NCBI RefSeq assembly: GCF_964355755.1
Contig: NC_092672.1
Coordinates: 12,524,001 to 12,588,000, forward strand
Length of the DNA stretch: 64,000 bases
Direction: 5' to 3'
DNA from: Antedon mediterranea
Taxonomy: Eukaryota > Animalia > Echinodermata
Shown here: positions 13,939 to 28,400 of the stretch, one piece after another
How positions within the stretch are numbered: the first letter of the stretch is position 1
How the letters are laid out: each line of letters opens with the position of its first letter
The notes under the pieces: model-generated
The model's input: only the letters and a program-made list of their open reading frames with translations
Databases searched by the model: none
Told to the model about the DNA's origin: nothing
Made by a program: the position numbers and the translations under genes

Positions 13939-16900
13939 TTAATTACTCATACATCTTGTACCATTGATTCATTAATGTACGTACTGCTGTCAGTAAGGCT
14001 GAGCTGTAATTAATTACTCATACATCTTGTACCATTGATTCATTAATGTACGTACTGCTGTCAGTAAGGCTGAGCTGTAATTAATTACTCATACATCTTG
14101 TACTATTGATTCATTAATGTACGTACTGCTGTCAGTAAGGCTGAGCTGTAATTAATTACTCATACATCTTGTACCATTGATTCATTAATGTACGTACTGC
14201 TGTCAGTAAGGCTGAGCTGTAATTAATTACTCATACATCTTGTACCATTGATTCATTAATGTACGTACTGCTGTCAGTAAGGCTGAGCTGTAATTAATTA
14301 CTCATACATGTTGTACCATTGATTCATTAATGTACGCACTGCCAGTAAGGCTGAGCTGTAATTAATTACTCATACATCTTGTACCATTGATTCATTAATG
14401 TACGTACTGCTGTCAGTAAGGCTGAGCTGTAATTAATTACTCACACATCCTGTACCATTGATTCATTAATGTACGTACTGCTGTCAGTAAGGCTGCGCTG
14501 TAATTAATTACTCATACATCTTGTACCATTGATTCATTAATGTACGTACTGCTGTCAGTAAGGCTGAGATGTAATTAATTACTCATACATCTTGTACCAT
14601 TGATTCATTAATGTACGTACTGCTGTCAGTAAGACTGAGCTGTAATTAATTACTCATCATACATCTTGTACCATTGATTCATTAATGTACGTACTGCTGT
14701 CAGTAAGGCTGAGCTGTAATTAATTACTCATACATCTTGAACCATTGATTCATTAATGTACGTACTGCTGTCAGTAAGGCTGAGCTGTAATTAATTACTC
14801 ATACATCTTGTACCATTGATTCATTAATGTACGTACTGCTGTCAGTAAGGCTGAGCTGTAATTAATTACTCATACATCTTGTACCATTGATTCATTAATG
14901 TACGTACTGCTGTCAGTAAGGCTGAGCTGTAATTAATTACTCATACATGTTGTACTATTGATTCATTAATGTACGTACTGTCAGTAAGGCCGAGCTGTAA
15001 TTAATTACTCATACATCTTGTACCATTGATTCATTAATGTACGTACTACTGTCAGTAAGGCTGCGCTGTAATTAATTACTCATACATCTTGTACCATTGA
15101 TTCATTAATGTACGTACTGCTGTCAGTAAGGCTGGGCTGTAATTAATTACTCATACATGTTGTACCATTGATTCATTAATGTACGTACTGCTGTCAGTAA
15201 GGCTGAGCTGTAATTAAATACTCATACATCTTGTACCATTGATTCATTAATGTACGTACTGCTGTCAGTAAGGCTGAGCTGTAATTAAATACTCATACAT
15301 CTTGTACCATTGATTCATTAATGTACGTACTGCTGTCAGTAAGGCTGAGCTGTAATTAATTACTCATCATACATCTTGTACCATTGATTCATTAATGTAG
15401 GTACTGTCAGTAAGGCTGAGCTGTAATTAAATACTCATACATCTTGTACCATTGATTCATTAATGTACGTACTGCTGTCAGTAAGGCTGAGCTGTAATTA
15501 ATTACTCATACATCCTGTACCATTGATTCATTAATGTACGTACTGCTGTCAGTAAGGCTGAGCTGTAATTAATTACTCATACATCTTGTACCATTGATTC
15601 ATTAATGTACGTACTGCTGTCAGTAAGGCTGAGCTGTAATTAATTACTCATACATGTTGTACCATTGATTCATTAATGTACGTACTGCTGTCAGTAAGGC
15701 TGAGCTGTAATTAATTACTCATACATGTTGTACCATTGATTCATTAATGTAAGTACTGCTGTCAGTAAGGCTGAGCTGTAATTAATTACTCATACATGTT
15801 GTACCATTGATTCATTAATGTACGTACTACTGTCAGTAAGGCTGAGCTGTAATTAATTACTCATACATCTTGTACCATTGATTCATTAATGTACGTACTA
15901 CTGTCAGTAAGGCTGAGCTGTAATTAATTACTCATACATCTTGTACCATTGATTCATTAATGTACGTACTGCTGTCAGTAAGGCTGAGCTGTAATTAATT
16001 ACTAATACATCTTGTACCATTGATTCATTAATGTACGTACTACTGTCAGTAAGGCTGAGCTGTAATTAATTACTCATACATGTTGTACCATTGATTCATT
16101 AATGTACGTACTGCTGTCAGTAAGGCTGAGCTGCAATTAATTACTCATACATCTTGTACCATTGATTCATTAATGTACGTACTGCTGTCAGTAAGGCTGA
16201 GCTGTAATTAATTACTCATACATCTTGTACCATTGATTCATTAATGTACGTACTGCTGTCAGTAAGGCTGAGCTGTAATCAATTACTCATACATCTTGTA
16301 CCATTGATTCATTAATGTACGTACTACTGTCAGTAAGGCTGAGCTGTAATTAATTACTCATACATGTTGTACCATTGATTCATTAATGTACGTACTGCTG
16401 TCAGTAAGGCTGAGCTGTAATTAATTACTCATACATCTTGTACCATTGATTCATTAATGTACGTACTGCTGTCAGTAAGGCTGAGCTGTAATTAATTACT
16501 CATACATCTTGTACCATTGATTCATTAATGTACGTACTGCTGTCAGTTAGGCTGAGCTGTAATTAATTACTCATACATCTTGTACCATTGATTCATTAAT
16601 GTACGTACTGCTGTCAGTAGGGCTGAGCTGTAATTAATTACTCATACATGTTATACCATTGATTCATTAATGTACGTACTGCTGTCAGTAAGGCTGAGCT
16701 GTAATTAATTACTCATACATGTTGTACCATTGATTCATTAATGTACGTACTACTGTCAGTAAGGCTGAGCTGTAATTAATTACTCATACATCTTGTACCA
16801 TTGATTCATTAATGTACGTACTGCTGTCAGTTAGGCTGAGCTGTAATTAATTACTCATACATCTTGTACCATTAATTCATTAATGTACGTACTGCTGTCA

Positions 16901-19900
16901 GTTAGGCTGAGCTGTAATTAATTACTCATACATCTTGTACCATTGATTCATTAATGTACGTACTGCTGTCAGTAAGGCCGAGCTGTAATTAATTACTCAT
17001 ACATCTTGTACCATTGATTCATTAATGTACGTACTGCTGTCAGTTAGGCTGAGCTGTAATTAATTACTCATACATCTTGTACCATTAATTCATTAATGTA
17101 CGTACTGCTGTCAGTTAGGCTGAGCTGTAATTAATTACTCATACATCTTGTACCATTGATTCATTAATGTACGTACTGCTGTCAGTTAGGCTGAGCTGTA
17201 ATTAATTACTCATACATGTTGTACCATTGATTCATTAATGTACGTACTGCTGTCAGTTAGGCTGAGCTGTAATTAATTACTCATACATCTTGTACCATTG
17301 ATTCATTAATGTACGTACTGCTGTCAGTAAGGCTGAGCTGTAATTAATTACTCATACATCTTGTACTATTGATTCATTAATGTACGTACTGCTGTCAGTA
17401 AGGCTGAGCTGTAATTAATTACTCATACATCTTGTACATTTGATTCATTAATGTACGTACTGCTGTCAGTAAGGCTGAGCTGTAATTAATTACTCATACA
17501 TGTTTTACCATTGATTCATTAATGTATGTACTGCTGTCAGTAAGGCTGAGCTGTAATTAATTACTCATACATGTTGTACCATTGATTCATTAATGTACGT
17601 ACTGCTGTCAGTAAGGCCGAGTTGTAATTAATTACTCATACATGTTGTACCATTGATTCATTAATGTACGTACTGCTGTCAGTAAGGCTGAGTTGTAATT
17701 AATTACTCATACATCTTGTACCATTGATTCATTAATGTACGTACTGCTGTCAGTAAGGCTGAGTTGTAATTAATTACTCATACATCTTGTACCATTGATT
17801 CATTAATGTACGTACTGCTGTCAGTAAGGCTGAGCTGTAATTAATTACTCATACATATTGTACCATTGATTCATTAATGTATGTACTGCTGTCAGTAAGG
17901 CTGAGCTGTAATTAATTACTCATACATCTTGTACCATTGATTCATTAATGTACGTACTGCTGTCAGTAAGGCTGAGCTGTAATTAATTACTCATACATCT
18001 TGTTCATTAATGTACGTACTGCTGTCAGTAAGGCCGAGCTGTAATTAATTACTCATACATGTTGTACCATTAATTCATTAATGTACGTACTGCTGTCAGT
18101 AAGGCTGAGCTGTAATTAATTACTCATACATGTTGTACCATTGATTCATTAATGTACGTACTGCTGTCAGTAAGGCTGAGCTGTAATTAATTACTCATAC
18201 ATCTTGTACCATTGATTCATTAATGTACGTACTACTGTCAGTAAGGCTGAGCTGTAATTAATTACTCATACATGTTGTACCATTTATTCATTAATGTACG
18301 TACTACTGTCAGTAAGGCCGAGCTGTAATTAATTACTCATACATGTTGTACCATTGATTCATTAATGTACGTACTGCTGTCAGTAAGGATGAGCTGTAAT
18401 TAATTACTCATACATGTTGTACCATTGATTCATTAATGTACGTACTGCTGTCAGTAAGGCTGAGCTGTAATTAATTACTCATACATCTTGTACCATTGAT
18501 TCATTAATGTACGTACTACTGTCAGTAAGGCTGAGCTGTAATTAATTACTCATACATGTTGTACCATTGATTCATTAATGTACGTACTGCTGTCAGTAAG
18601 GCTGAGCTGTAATTAATTACTCATACATCTTGTACCATTGATTCATTAATGTACGTACTGCTGTCAGTAAGGCTGAGCTGTAATTAATTACTCATACATC
18701 TTGTACCATTGATTCATTAATGTACGTACTGCTGTCAGTAAGGCTGAGCTGTAATTAATTACTCATACATGTTGTACCATTGATTCATTAATGTACGCAC
18801 TGCTGTCAGTAAGGCCGAGCTGTAATTAATTACTCATACATCTTGTACCATTGATTCATTAATGTACGTACTGCTGTCAGTAAGGCCGAGCTGTAATTAA
18901 TTACTCATACATCTTGTACCATTGATTCATTAATGTACGTACTGCTGTCAGTAAGGCTGCGCTGTAATTAATTACTCATACATCTTGTACCATTGATTCA
19001 TTAATGTACGTACTGCTGTCAGTAAGGCTGAGCTGTAATTAATTACTCATACATCTTGTACTATTGATTCATTAATGTACGTACTGCTGTCAGTAAGGCT
19101 GAGCTGTAATTAATTACTCATACATCTTGTACATTTGATTCATTAATGTACGTACTGCTGTCAGTAAGGCTGAGCTGTAATTAATTACTCATACATGTTT
19201 TACCATTGATTCATTAATGTACGTACTGCTGTCAGTAAGGCTGAGCTGTAATTAATTACTCATACATCTTGTACCATTGATTCATTCATGTACGTACTGC
19301 TGTCAGTAAGGCTGAGCTGTAATTAATTACTCATACATCTTGTACCATTGATTCATTAATGTACGTACTGCTGTCAGTAAGGCTGAGCTGTAATTAATTA
19401 CTCATACATCTTGTACCACTGATTCATTAATGTACGTACTGCTGTCAGTAAGGCTGAGCTGTAATTAATTACTCATACATGTTGTACTATTGATTCATTA
19501 ATGTACGTACTACTGTCAGTGAGGCTGAGCTGTAATTAATTACTCATACATCTTGTACCATTGATTCATTAATGTACGTACTGCTGTCAGTAAGGCTGAG
19601 TTGTAATTAATTACTCATACATCTTGTACCATTGATTCATTAATGTACGTACTGCTGTCAGTAAGGCCGAGCTGTAATTAATTACTCATACATCTTGTAC
19701 CATTGATTCATTCATGTACGTACTGCTGTCAGTAAGGCCGAGCTGTAATTAATTACTCATACATCTTGTACCATTGATTCATTCATGTACGTACTGCTGT
19801 CAGTAAGGCCGAGCTGTAATTAATTACTCATACATCTTGTACCATTGATTCATTAATGTACGTACTGCTGTCAGTAAGGCCGAGCTGTAATTAATTACTC

Positions 19901-20319
19901 ATAAATCTTGTACCATTGATTCATTAATGTACGTACTACTGTCAGTGAGGCTGAGCTGTAATTAATTACTCATACATGTTGTACCATTGATTCATTCATG
20001 TACGTACTGCTGTCAGTAAGGCTGAGCTGTAATTAATTACTCATACATCTTGTACCATTGATTCATTAATGTACGTACTGCTGTCAGTAAGGCCGAGCTG
20101 TAATTAATTACTCATACATCTTGTACCATTGATTCATTAATGTACGTACTACTGTCAGTAAGGCTGCGCTGTAATTAATTACTCATACATCTTGTACTAT
20201 TGATTCATTAATGTACGTACTGCTGTCAGTAAGGCTGAGCTGTAATTAATTACTCATACATCTTGTACCATTGATTCATTAATGTACCTACTGTCAGTAA
20301 GGCTGAGCTGTAATTAATT
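13939..20319. repeat. Tandem satellite, 71-bp unit, about 90 copies
   Basis: Unit ttaattactcatacatcttgtaccattgattcattaatgtacgtactgctgtcagtaaggctgagctgtaa. Period measured 13941->14012. Head-to-tail, no unique spacers. Confidence 0.97.
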
Positions 20320-20390
20320 TCAGTCGCCATTGTTTAAACCTTGCCATCATCTTCGTTTTTCATTTCAAGCACAAGATGGCGTACTACGAC

Positions 20391-21230
20391 CAAAGAATAT
20401 ATATCACAAGAATGAGTATTCCGCGATTTTTGCATGAGAAATTTGTAACAGATAGCTCCAGTGAGTGATGCCCGCCCTCATAAGGGCGGATGTATACATA
20501 CTAAATAAGACTTGATTTAATAGATATTATACATGTCACATTAAATAGAATTATGATAATAGTTTTTGCAATTGTAAACTATTTTATAATACATATTTAT
20601 TAACAAACTAGTGTACATTCACTTTTACAGACAATTATTTACTAACATGCTAAGTTAGTTCACAAAAAAGGCCTAACACAGCAACACCAAAAATCAATGA
20701 ATCGTTACTCAGCACGGCCTATTCTTTACCATTGCCGTGTACTACTCTACGCCCGGTAAATTAAGTATTGTTTTTATGATATAAATTAGTATAAAATACA
20801 TGTTATTAATAGGAAAAAATGTTAAATGTTATTAACATTTATTTGTTTTACCAGAAACAAGTTAAATATAGGTATATTATTAAACAATCCTTCGTGAAAA
20901 CGCGTAAACACCAACACGCCCGGTCACGCTATCGTAGCGCCCGGTTGATAAAGCAAACTGTTTATACGGCAGTTTTTACTAAATAAATTGCATAAAACGA
21001 ACAATTAAATATCCAAATAGTATTTAACATGATGTTGGCATGTAGTTGATAACATTTTTTATCATGAAAATACTACCGGTGGTCTAGCCTTTGATTATTG
21101 AAACCGTCACAAAAAGTTGTATACATCCCAGATACATCCACACTTATGGCGGCGCCCTACCACATGGACAATATTACTGTTACAGGGAAAATCGCGGAAT
21201 ACTCATTCTTGTGATATAATATATTCTTTG
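20391..21230. mobile_element. P-element-like MITE
   Basis: ~40-bp TIRs caaagaatat..atcacaagaatgagtattccgcgatttt, CA...TG termini, 7-bp TSD ctacgac (20384-20390, 21231-21237). Confidence 0.8.
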
Positions 21231-22264
21231 CTACGACTAATTAGAGTCGTTATAATAAGTAGGCGAGGCTTACTTATCCCTCTACGTTCAAATATCTTCT
21301 GAACGATTCAGCCCGCCAGAGGGCTCTATATAAATTTGATATACCATTATGTACATCATTCAAAATTGTTTTTTTTGTCGCATAACGTCTTTTTGTTGAA
21401 TTTTTGAAATCTTTTGATATTCTTTAAACGGATATTATTGCACTATATTCAATAAGCTGGTGATAGCGTCGACAAATAGGTTAGGCAAAAAAAGTGAATA
21501 AATAATACAGTATCATACATACACATACATTCTTTGTAAGTCCCATTCTATATAGGATTTCAGAAATAATCGGTAAATGACATATCTTACTATTATGTTA
21601 TGTGATATAAAAATATGTGTAATTTAATAAATAATACAATTAATTGATTAGAATGATAACTAGAAGAAAACATTTACGTCAATCCGTATTAATAAACAAG
21701 CAATAGGTGTGAAACCGAACTTGTTATAAGTTCAATCAGCTCATTGCTAAGTAAGCAAAACCAGTTTATATTGTTACCATTTCCATGTTTGATTTATTTA
21801 TTGTGATCGCTTTTTAAATTATCAAATAAATAATGACATCACACTTTATGTGGCAGATTTGTTTTTCAAATCTAACATTATGCATATTTTTCGAAAACAT
21901 TGAATTACAATAAGAAGGTGATGCACTGTCTAAATCTTCATTTAAAAAAAAAGAAATAGTTTATATATAAGCTATCTTCAGTTTCTTGTTAATGTTCATG
22001 TTTTAACAAGATTTAACTATTTTATTACAATAAATCTAGTCTTATAACATTACACTATGCAGACATGATATTAATTATATAGTAAATACAGAGTAGGCAA
22101 GATAAGAACAGGAAAAGACAGCGGTACTAAGACAAGACACATCATTGTGAAGTTTATTTACAGGCCGCAAAGATCTGCTGTGATTTCGTAAGGCTAGAAC
22201 ATTTAAGGTAAAACCATGTTATGTTATGGATGATCTACCGGCCGCAGATATCCAGAGGAAATAT

Positions 22265-23800
22265 GCCAAAATTAGCCAAAGTTATTCCTGTTTTCAAAAC
22301 TGGTGATACTAACTAATAGAAAAGCTAATGCATACTCGCCTTTACACATATCTTATTGAATATAATTTATTAAATAACCACCAATATGGATTTCATAAAA
22401 ATCATTCCACTAGTCATGCTATTCTTAAACTTATAAATTATGTTAATATTGCGTTTGAAAAGAAACAATTTTTATTAAGCACTTTTCTTGATTTATCTAA
22501 GGCTTTTGATGTTGTGAACCATGATATTTTACTTTCAAAACTGTTTTGTTATGGTATTAGAGGTGTTTCATGTTCTTGGTTTAAATCTTATCTTAGCAAT
22601 CGCAAACAATATGTTCAAATTGAAAATGTGGTCGTGTGGTGTGCCACAAGGGTCCATTCTCGGACCTTTATTATTTTTAATGTATGTTAATGATTTAACT
22701 TTAGTTAGTGACACTTTGCACACTGTCTCTTTCGCCGATGATACTACTTTATTTTACTCCAATAATAATATTGCTTTGTTATTAATTAATTAATACATTT
22801 AATTATGAGTTGTGCAAGATTAGTGACTGGTTCAAAACAAATAAGCTATTAATTAATACCTCAAAAACAAATTTTATTCTATTTCATAATCGTCATATTA
22901 AGCATAAGTTGCAAAACAAAAATGTTGATGTTTTTCTAAATGGTGAAAGGCTAGAAAGACGGATCGAAACTTTATTTCTTGTGGTATTAATTCATGAAAA
23001 TTTTAATTCGACTGGGCATCAAAAACGTATTTCTAATAAAATCTCTAAATACATAGGTATTATAGCAAACTGAGATATTTTTTTCCTCAACATGTTCTAC
23101 TTTCTTTATATAATAAAGTATATAATAAATATATAATAAATATTCTACCATATTTATTATATTGCAACATTATTTGGGCAGCCGATTACCCTTCAAATCT
23201 ACACACAATTCTTATATTACAAAAACGTGTCGTTCGCTTAATAACTTTTTCGCCATTTAGAACGCCCTCTGAACCTCTTTTTAAGAAGTTAAACATCGTA
23301 AAAATTAATGACCATCACACAATTCAAGTTACTTCGTTTATGTTTCAGTATGTCAATAATTTGTTACCTATATCGATTTCAATGTTTTTTTCTAATCGTT
23401 TATTACTACATACATATAACATAAGGAAACCTAATTTATTATTTGTCCCTTTCGTAAGACTGAGGAAAAGCCACCATTAACGTTAAATCAATTAAACTTT
23501 TTAGAAGAAATATAAAAATGCAATGTTTATCAAAGTATCAGTCAGATGACTGATAATTATTTGCGCAATCTTTATTTTTTTAGTATTTTATATTGGTTTG
23601 TTTTCTTTTTTATTGTTGTTTCTTTTCGTTTGTTTTTTATTTGGGGTCATTATGAGACAAGTATTTTTACTTCTAATCTTGATCCCCTATTTATGGTCTT
23701 TTGTTTATCATTAATTGATTATATTGTATGTATTTTGTTTACATCTATATTGTTATACATTAATGTATTAATTTGACCATATTTACAAATAAATATATTG
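22265..23800 (+). mobile_element. 5'-truncated, frameshifted non-LTR retrotransposon (CR1/L2-group RT relic)
   Basis: [47 protein letters not shown] and WFKTNKLLINTSKT spread over three frames. Confidence 0.9.
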
Positions 23801-24034
23801 AAAGCAAAAATAATAATAATATGATTATGATTAATTTACCGTACCGAATACCGTAGGCCTATTCTACAAAAATAACATTGCTGTATCAAGTTTACAGTAA
23901 GCTTGAGTAAAAAAAAAACGTGCATTTTAAACAACACATAGAAAAACGCATCCAAAAACATTGCAAGCAATACCACCAACTGATAAAGAAATGTTTGTTT
24001 CAGAAATATAAAGTGAAGTGTTTTAATTAATAAG

Positions 24035-24208
24035 AAAATGAAAATGGTATCAGACTTCTTTTAACTAAGAAAATGAAATGGTATCAGACTTCTTTTAACT
24101 AAGAACAAAATGAAATAGTATCAGAATTCTTTTAACTAAGAACATGAATAGTATCAGACCTCTTTTAATGAAGAAGGTGAAATGGTATCAGACCTCTTTT
24201 AATTAAGA
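24035..24208. repeat. ~33-bp minisatellite, about 5 copies, downstream of the ROCO stop codon
   Basis: Repeats of aaatggtatcagacttcttttaactaagaaaatg. Confidence 0.85.
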
Positions 24209-24894
24209 TTTTGTATATACATTATTAGTTAGGCCTTTACGCATTCTTAAAAATTTCTTTTCCGCTGACATACTATATACGAATTTTAAATACCATACCG
24301 ATACTACCCCGTATGCCTGTATCTCATCAAACTTGGCTACAATTATTGAATGAATACTACTAAGTTTAATATTAAAGAGAATAGTGTTTATTAATAATTT
24401 CCACCTATAAAGGACAGTATTTATCTGAATCTCGCCAAACTTACCACAATTATCAATGATCTAAGAGTACTTTTAAATGGAAGGACCAAAGTGCTATTAA
24501 CTATGTAGTGCAATTATAGAGAAAAAAACTTTCTTTAGTAGGATATTTTTTTTTATGTAAGAATAATACTGTAATAGTTATTGAATAATATTTTCTTGGC
24601 TTTTATAAAAGTTTTTTTTTTTTGCATTTGGTGGAAATTTAAATCAATTAATATAACTGGCTTCATTAATATCTATCTACATTATTAAAATTTATGTGTC
24701 AACAAATGTGATGTACCCATATATGGACATGATGATGCGATATCACTACCATATCTTGGCTTATTACACTTTTTTTGTCAAAAAATACTTTGATAGTGTA
24801 GACAGAGCTTTATATTGTTTACATTTAAATATTGGAACCCAAACAGGTGATTGATTTACCGACATTGAGTTTGGTAATATACTCGGCATCAATG

Positions 24895-25424
24895 CTAAGC
24901 CTTATATTCTAACTTTTCAGCAGCAACAGTCATGTTATTCTCCTTTAAAAATGCAATAAATGATTGCAAGTTATCCTCCCTTAGAATCCCCCTTTGTTCA
25001 AGATCTAATATCACAGTCCATTGGTTGTTACTTTGTTTTTTTAGAACACTTTTCAAACGGATGAGATCTCTTGTATTTTCTTTCGAAAGTGCGTCACCGA
25101 ACTGAATTAGTTGTTGTCGATATGTTGAGAAGGATGTGATACCCTGGTTGGTTTTATCAAATGTCTCCTTTAACAGTTTGTTGACCTCCAGAACACCATT
25201 GGTACCAGTGACATTAATTGCGTCAACAAGAACTTTAACGTTTGTACTGGTTAGATAGCCAGATCGTTTCAATAGGTTGAAGAAACGTATGCAGTCAGCA
25301 TCTTGCAAATCATTGTAAGGTGTTATCAGATCTTTGCATAACACCTTCAGTTTATCAATTGAGCCATGTTCATCAAACCAGCTCGATATGTTTACCACGA
25401 TTTTTTCAAACTCTTCGGATGATC
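24895..25424 (-). CDS. Terminal exon encoding two tandem death-effector-like domains
   Basis: Two ~85-aa helical repeats (LKVLCKD...FFNLLKRSGYLTSTNVKVL and FSTYRQQLIQFGDALSKEN...VILDLEQRGILREDNLQSF) resemble the tandem DEDs of caspase-8/c-FLIP prodomains. Confidence 0.72.
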
Positions 25425-28400
25425 CTGTAAAAAAGAAAACCGAAAACAATTACATTCAGATTTTCAAGTTAGAAATTGTAATAATCATATTGCGCAATAT
25501 GATGAATACTATCAATTGAATACACGCATTATTTGGTACACAGTGTATATCGTTGAACACCATGGACATAAACACATTCAATTCACTAGTATCATTCCTA
25601 TTGTGGTGCGTTGGTATATTAGTTACCTGGATAAATTGGTGATGGCTCCACACTACTTCTGCCTGGAAATGAAATGATAATAAATGATGTTATATTTTAA
25701 TTTTAATTCTTCAAAAGCTGTGTAGATATACTTATTATCATTACATAGATATTCACGTACATTTGTCACTGAAATATATCATTGTTATTTATTTGTAGGT
25801 TAAATATATATATAAGTAATATAGTTAGTTGTCATAAAATACATATTTATTTTGTCATTAAACACAATATTGATGAATGTGTAATCCCACCTTCCAAAAA
25901 TAAACGCTTTAAGCGATCAGTTTTCATCGACTTCTCACCACATGGAACAGTGCTGTTGTCTTCTTTTAAACACTCTTCCAGATCGTGTAAATGAATGTGC
26001 TCTGGATAACAGGCGATACACAACACACGTAGGTTGTAACCGATTCCTTCATTAGTTTTCAGCACAGCCTTTAGTTGAAGCTGTAAATAGCTTAGTATCT
26101 AAAACAAAAAATACATAATCAATAAGTTTGAATGAAACGTTTCTTATAACTGCATTCAGATAAGCTATTACATTACAATATTAGAATCTTTACCTCAATG
26201 CATAAGCTCGGTTTTAGTTCAAATATTTCCTCTGTATTATTTTCGTCAACTTTAGTTCGACGGGATATTTCAAGCTGTTAAAAAAGATGTATTGATTTGT
26301 TGAATTATTTAACATATTCTATCTCACACTGCTTACGTCTACGTATATTCATTACTGTACATTTATTTGGTGAATATAATGTATCATTTAATTTTTAGAA
26401 TTTTTCAGAGAATTACAAATACCCGTTGGGCAACCTAGATACCAAAACATTAAAAACTGTAACACAAAATAGCCTCTATATTAATTTTAGTTATATTATT
26501 ATAAAATTATTTGTTGTTTTATTGTCTAAGTTACTTTTATTCTAAGAATCTTAAATGAATACATATTATTAGAATACATAAATTATGTTGTAATCACAGC
26601 TTGTATTATTATCCATCTGTGTAGTCATGATCAGACGTACTTAGCTCTCACTACTGCTAAAACTGATTGAATGTTTAGGAGACCAAATTTCTACATGCAG
26701 AAAATGATCGGAAATAATTGATAATTTGATATTTGTTTAAAATCTTTCTAAAGACATGCTAGCTAATCAACAGAAATAATAAATATTCAAATTATTGTAA
26801 ATAATGAGTTAAATAAATGTTCGTACCTTCAACGCATGCTTGTTTTCATTTTGATGGTCGATTTTCACGGGACCTAAACGAACCTCATGATCTCCAAAGT
26901 CAAAATCACTACGATTTTGAAATACAACTGGGTCCCGTCCTCTACCTTTAAGCTCCACCAGGTTTAGAAATGCAACAACTAATGTATTGTACACAGAATC
27001 AGGAAGGAAGTCCGTAGGTGTAAGATAAAGTGATACCTTCTGTTTCTTGTCCATTTCAACTTTAAGGCTTTCATCCTTAATTTTCATCCGACATGGAACC
27101 AGGAACATCCGGTTATCTTCGCTTTCATGCTAATGTAAAATAAGTATTTGTAGTGTTATGAACAATATAATATATAACATCGAACTATATTACTAAAATT
27201 ATCTCAGATTTAGTTAAGAGCAAATTTGTTCAACTTACTTCTAATTTCTCATAGAGCAAACCAAATGTTTTCATCACTTCAGTAAAAATATCAAAACGAT
27301 TTGGATCTTCTTCTAATTCTCTTTTCCATAAATGCCGTAGCAATTTTTCCTCAAGGATCCCTTCCTTGTTAAGCTTTTTCCAAAGATTTCTTAATTGTTT
27401 CTGTTTCCAAATAATAAATACAAAAACTAATTTGTAAACGTATTCATACAACCACAATACATGTTGACAACAAACAACTAACTAAAAGTAATCATGTATC
27501 CACATGTCAATATTTTAAATCCGTTTTGTGACAATTATTTTGCTGCTAACCTTATCTACTTACCACTTCAATAGTTGGTTCAACTACTGTGATCACTTTT
27601 GTCACCATTTCAATCATCATGTAAAGATTTGTTATCACTGTGTTTCTTAATTTCTTGTTAGTACTTGAATACATGATAACTCCAATGTCATTCAGGTACG
27701 CTATGGCAGTGAATAGCCCATCTTTTGAAATTCCACATTCAGTGCCGATTTTAGATGTCTAATGCAAATTAATAACAAAATAGAATTTATTGAATTTGGT
27801 GAATAAATATTGATATTTTCCTTTAAAATAATTGTAAACAGCTTATTGTTGAATAAAACATAATTTTATCTAACATTCTTCCTTTTGACTAGACATTTTA
27901 GAAATCGCATTGTCAAGAAGGCCTATTTCTGGTTAAATGTAACTGTTTCCTTGCATTTTTTATATTTAATTTACATTATCTTTGTTCAGTTTTTTTAGAA
28001 TGATAACTAGCTTTTATTAACATTACGAAATAAACAATTCAATGTTTGATTTCATTAATAATTTTAATTGCTCATGTTTTGCAGGAACAACTGAAACAAA
28101 AAAAATAGTACAATAATGAAGACTTCCAAATACTAAAAAATGACAAGACATCTATATTTACTTTTGTAATATTAATTCACATCACTGGCTCAACAAAGAA
28201 ATTGGCAACATTACATTGTAGACAGAAATGTGACCTTCAAATTATGACGTTATAAATTATAATTGTTACCGTATAGTACACTATTTTTAATAAGATAATA
28301 AATTATTTTGTACTAGCGTTCATCTCTATATGTGTTTTATAAATCTGTGTTTACAGTTGTGACAACATAAAATAAACGGTTATACATTAAAAACAAAAGC

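Noticed and set aside
13939-20319. CRISPR array or coding repeat
   Set aside because: Units are head-to-tail with no unique spacers, no cas genes are present, the context is eukaryotic, and the 71-bp period with TAATTAATTA closes reading frames.
21310-21328. CTCF-like motif ccgccagagggctc
   Set aside because: A single short match with no supporting evidence.
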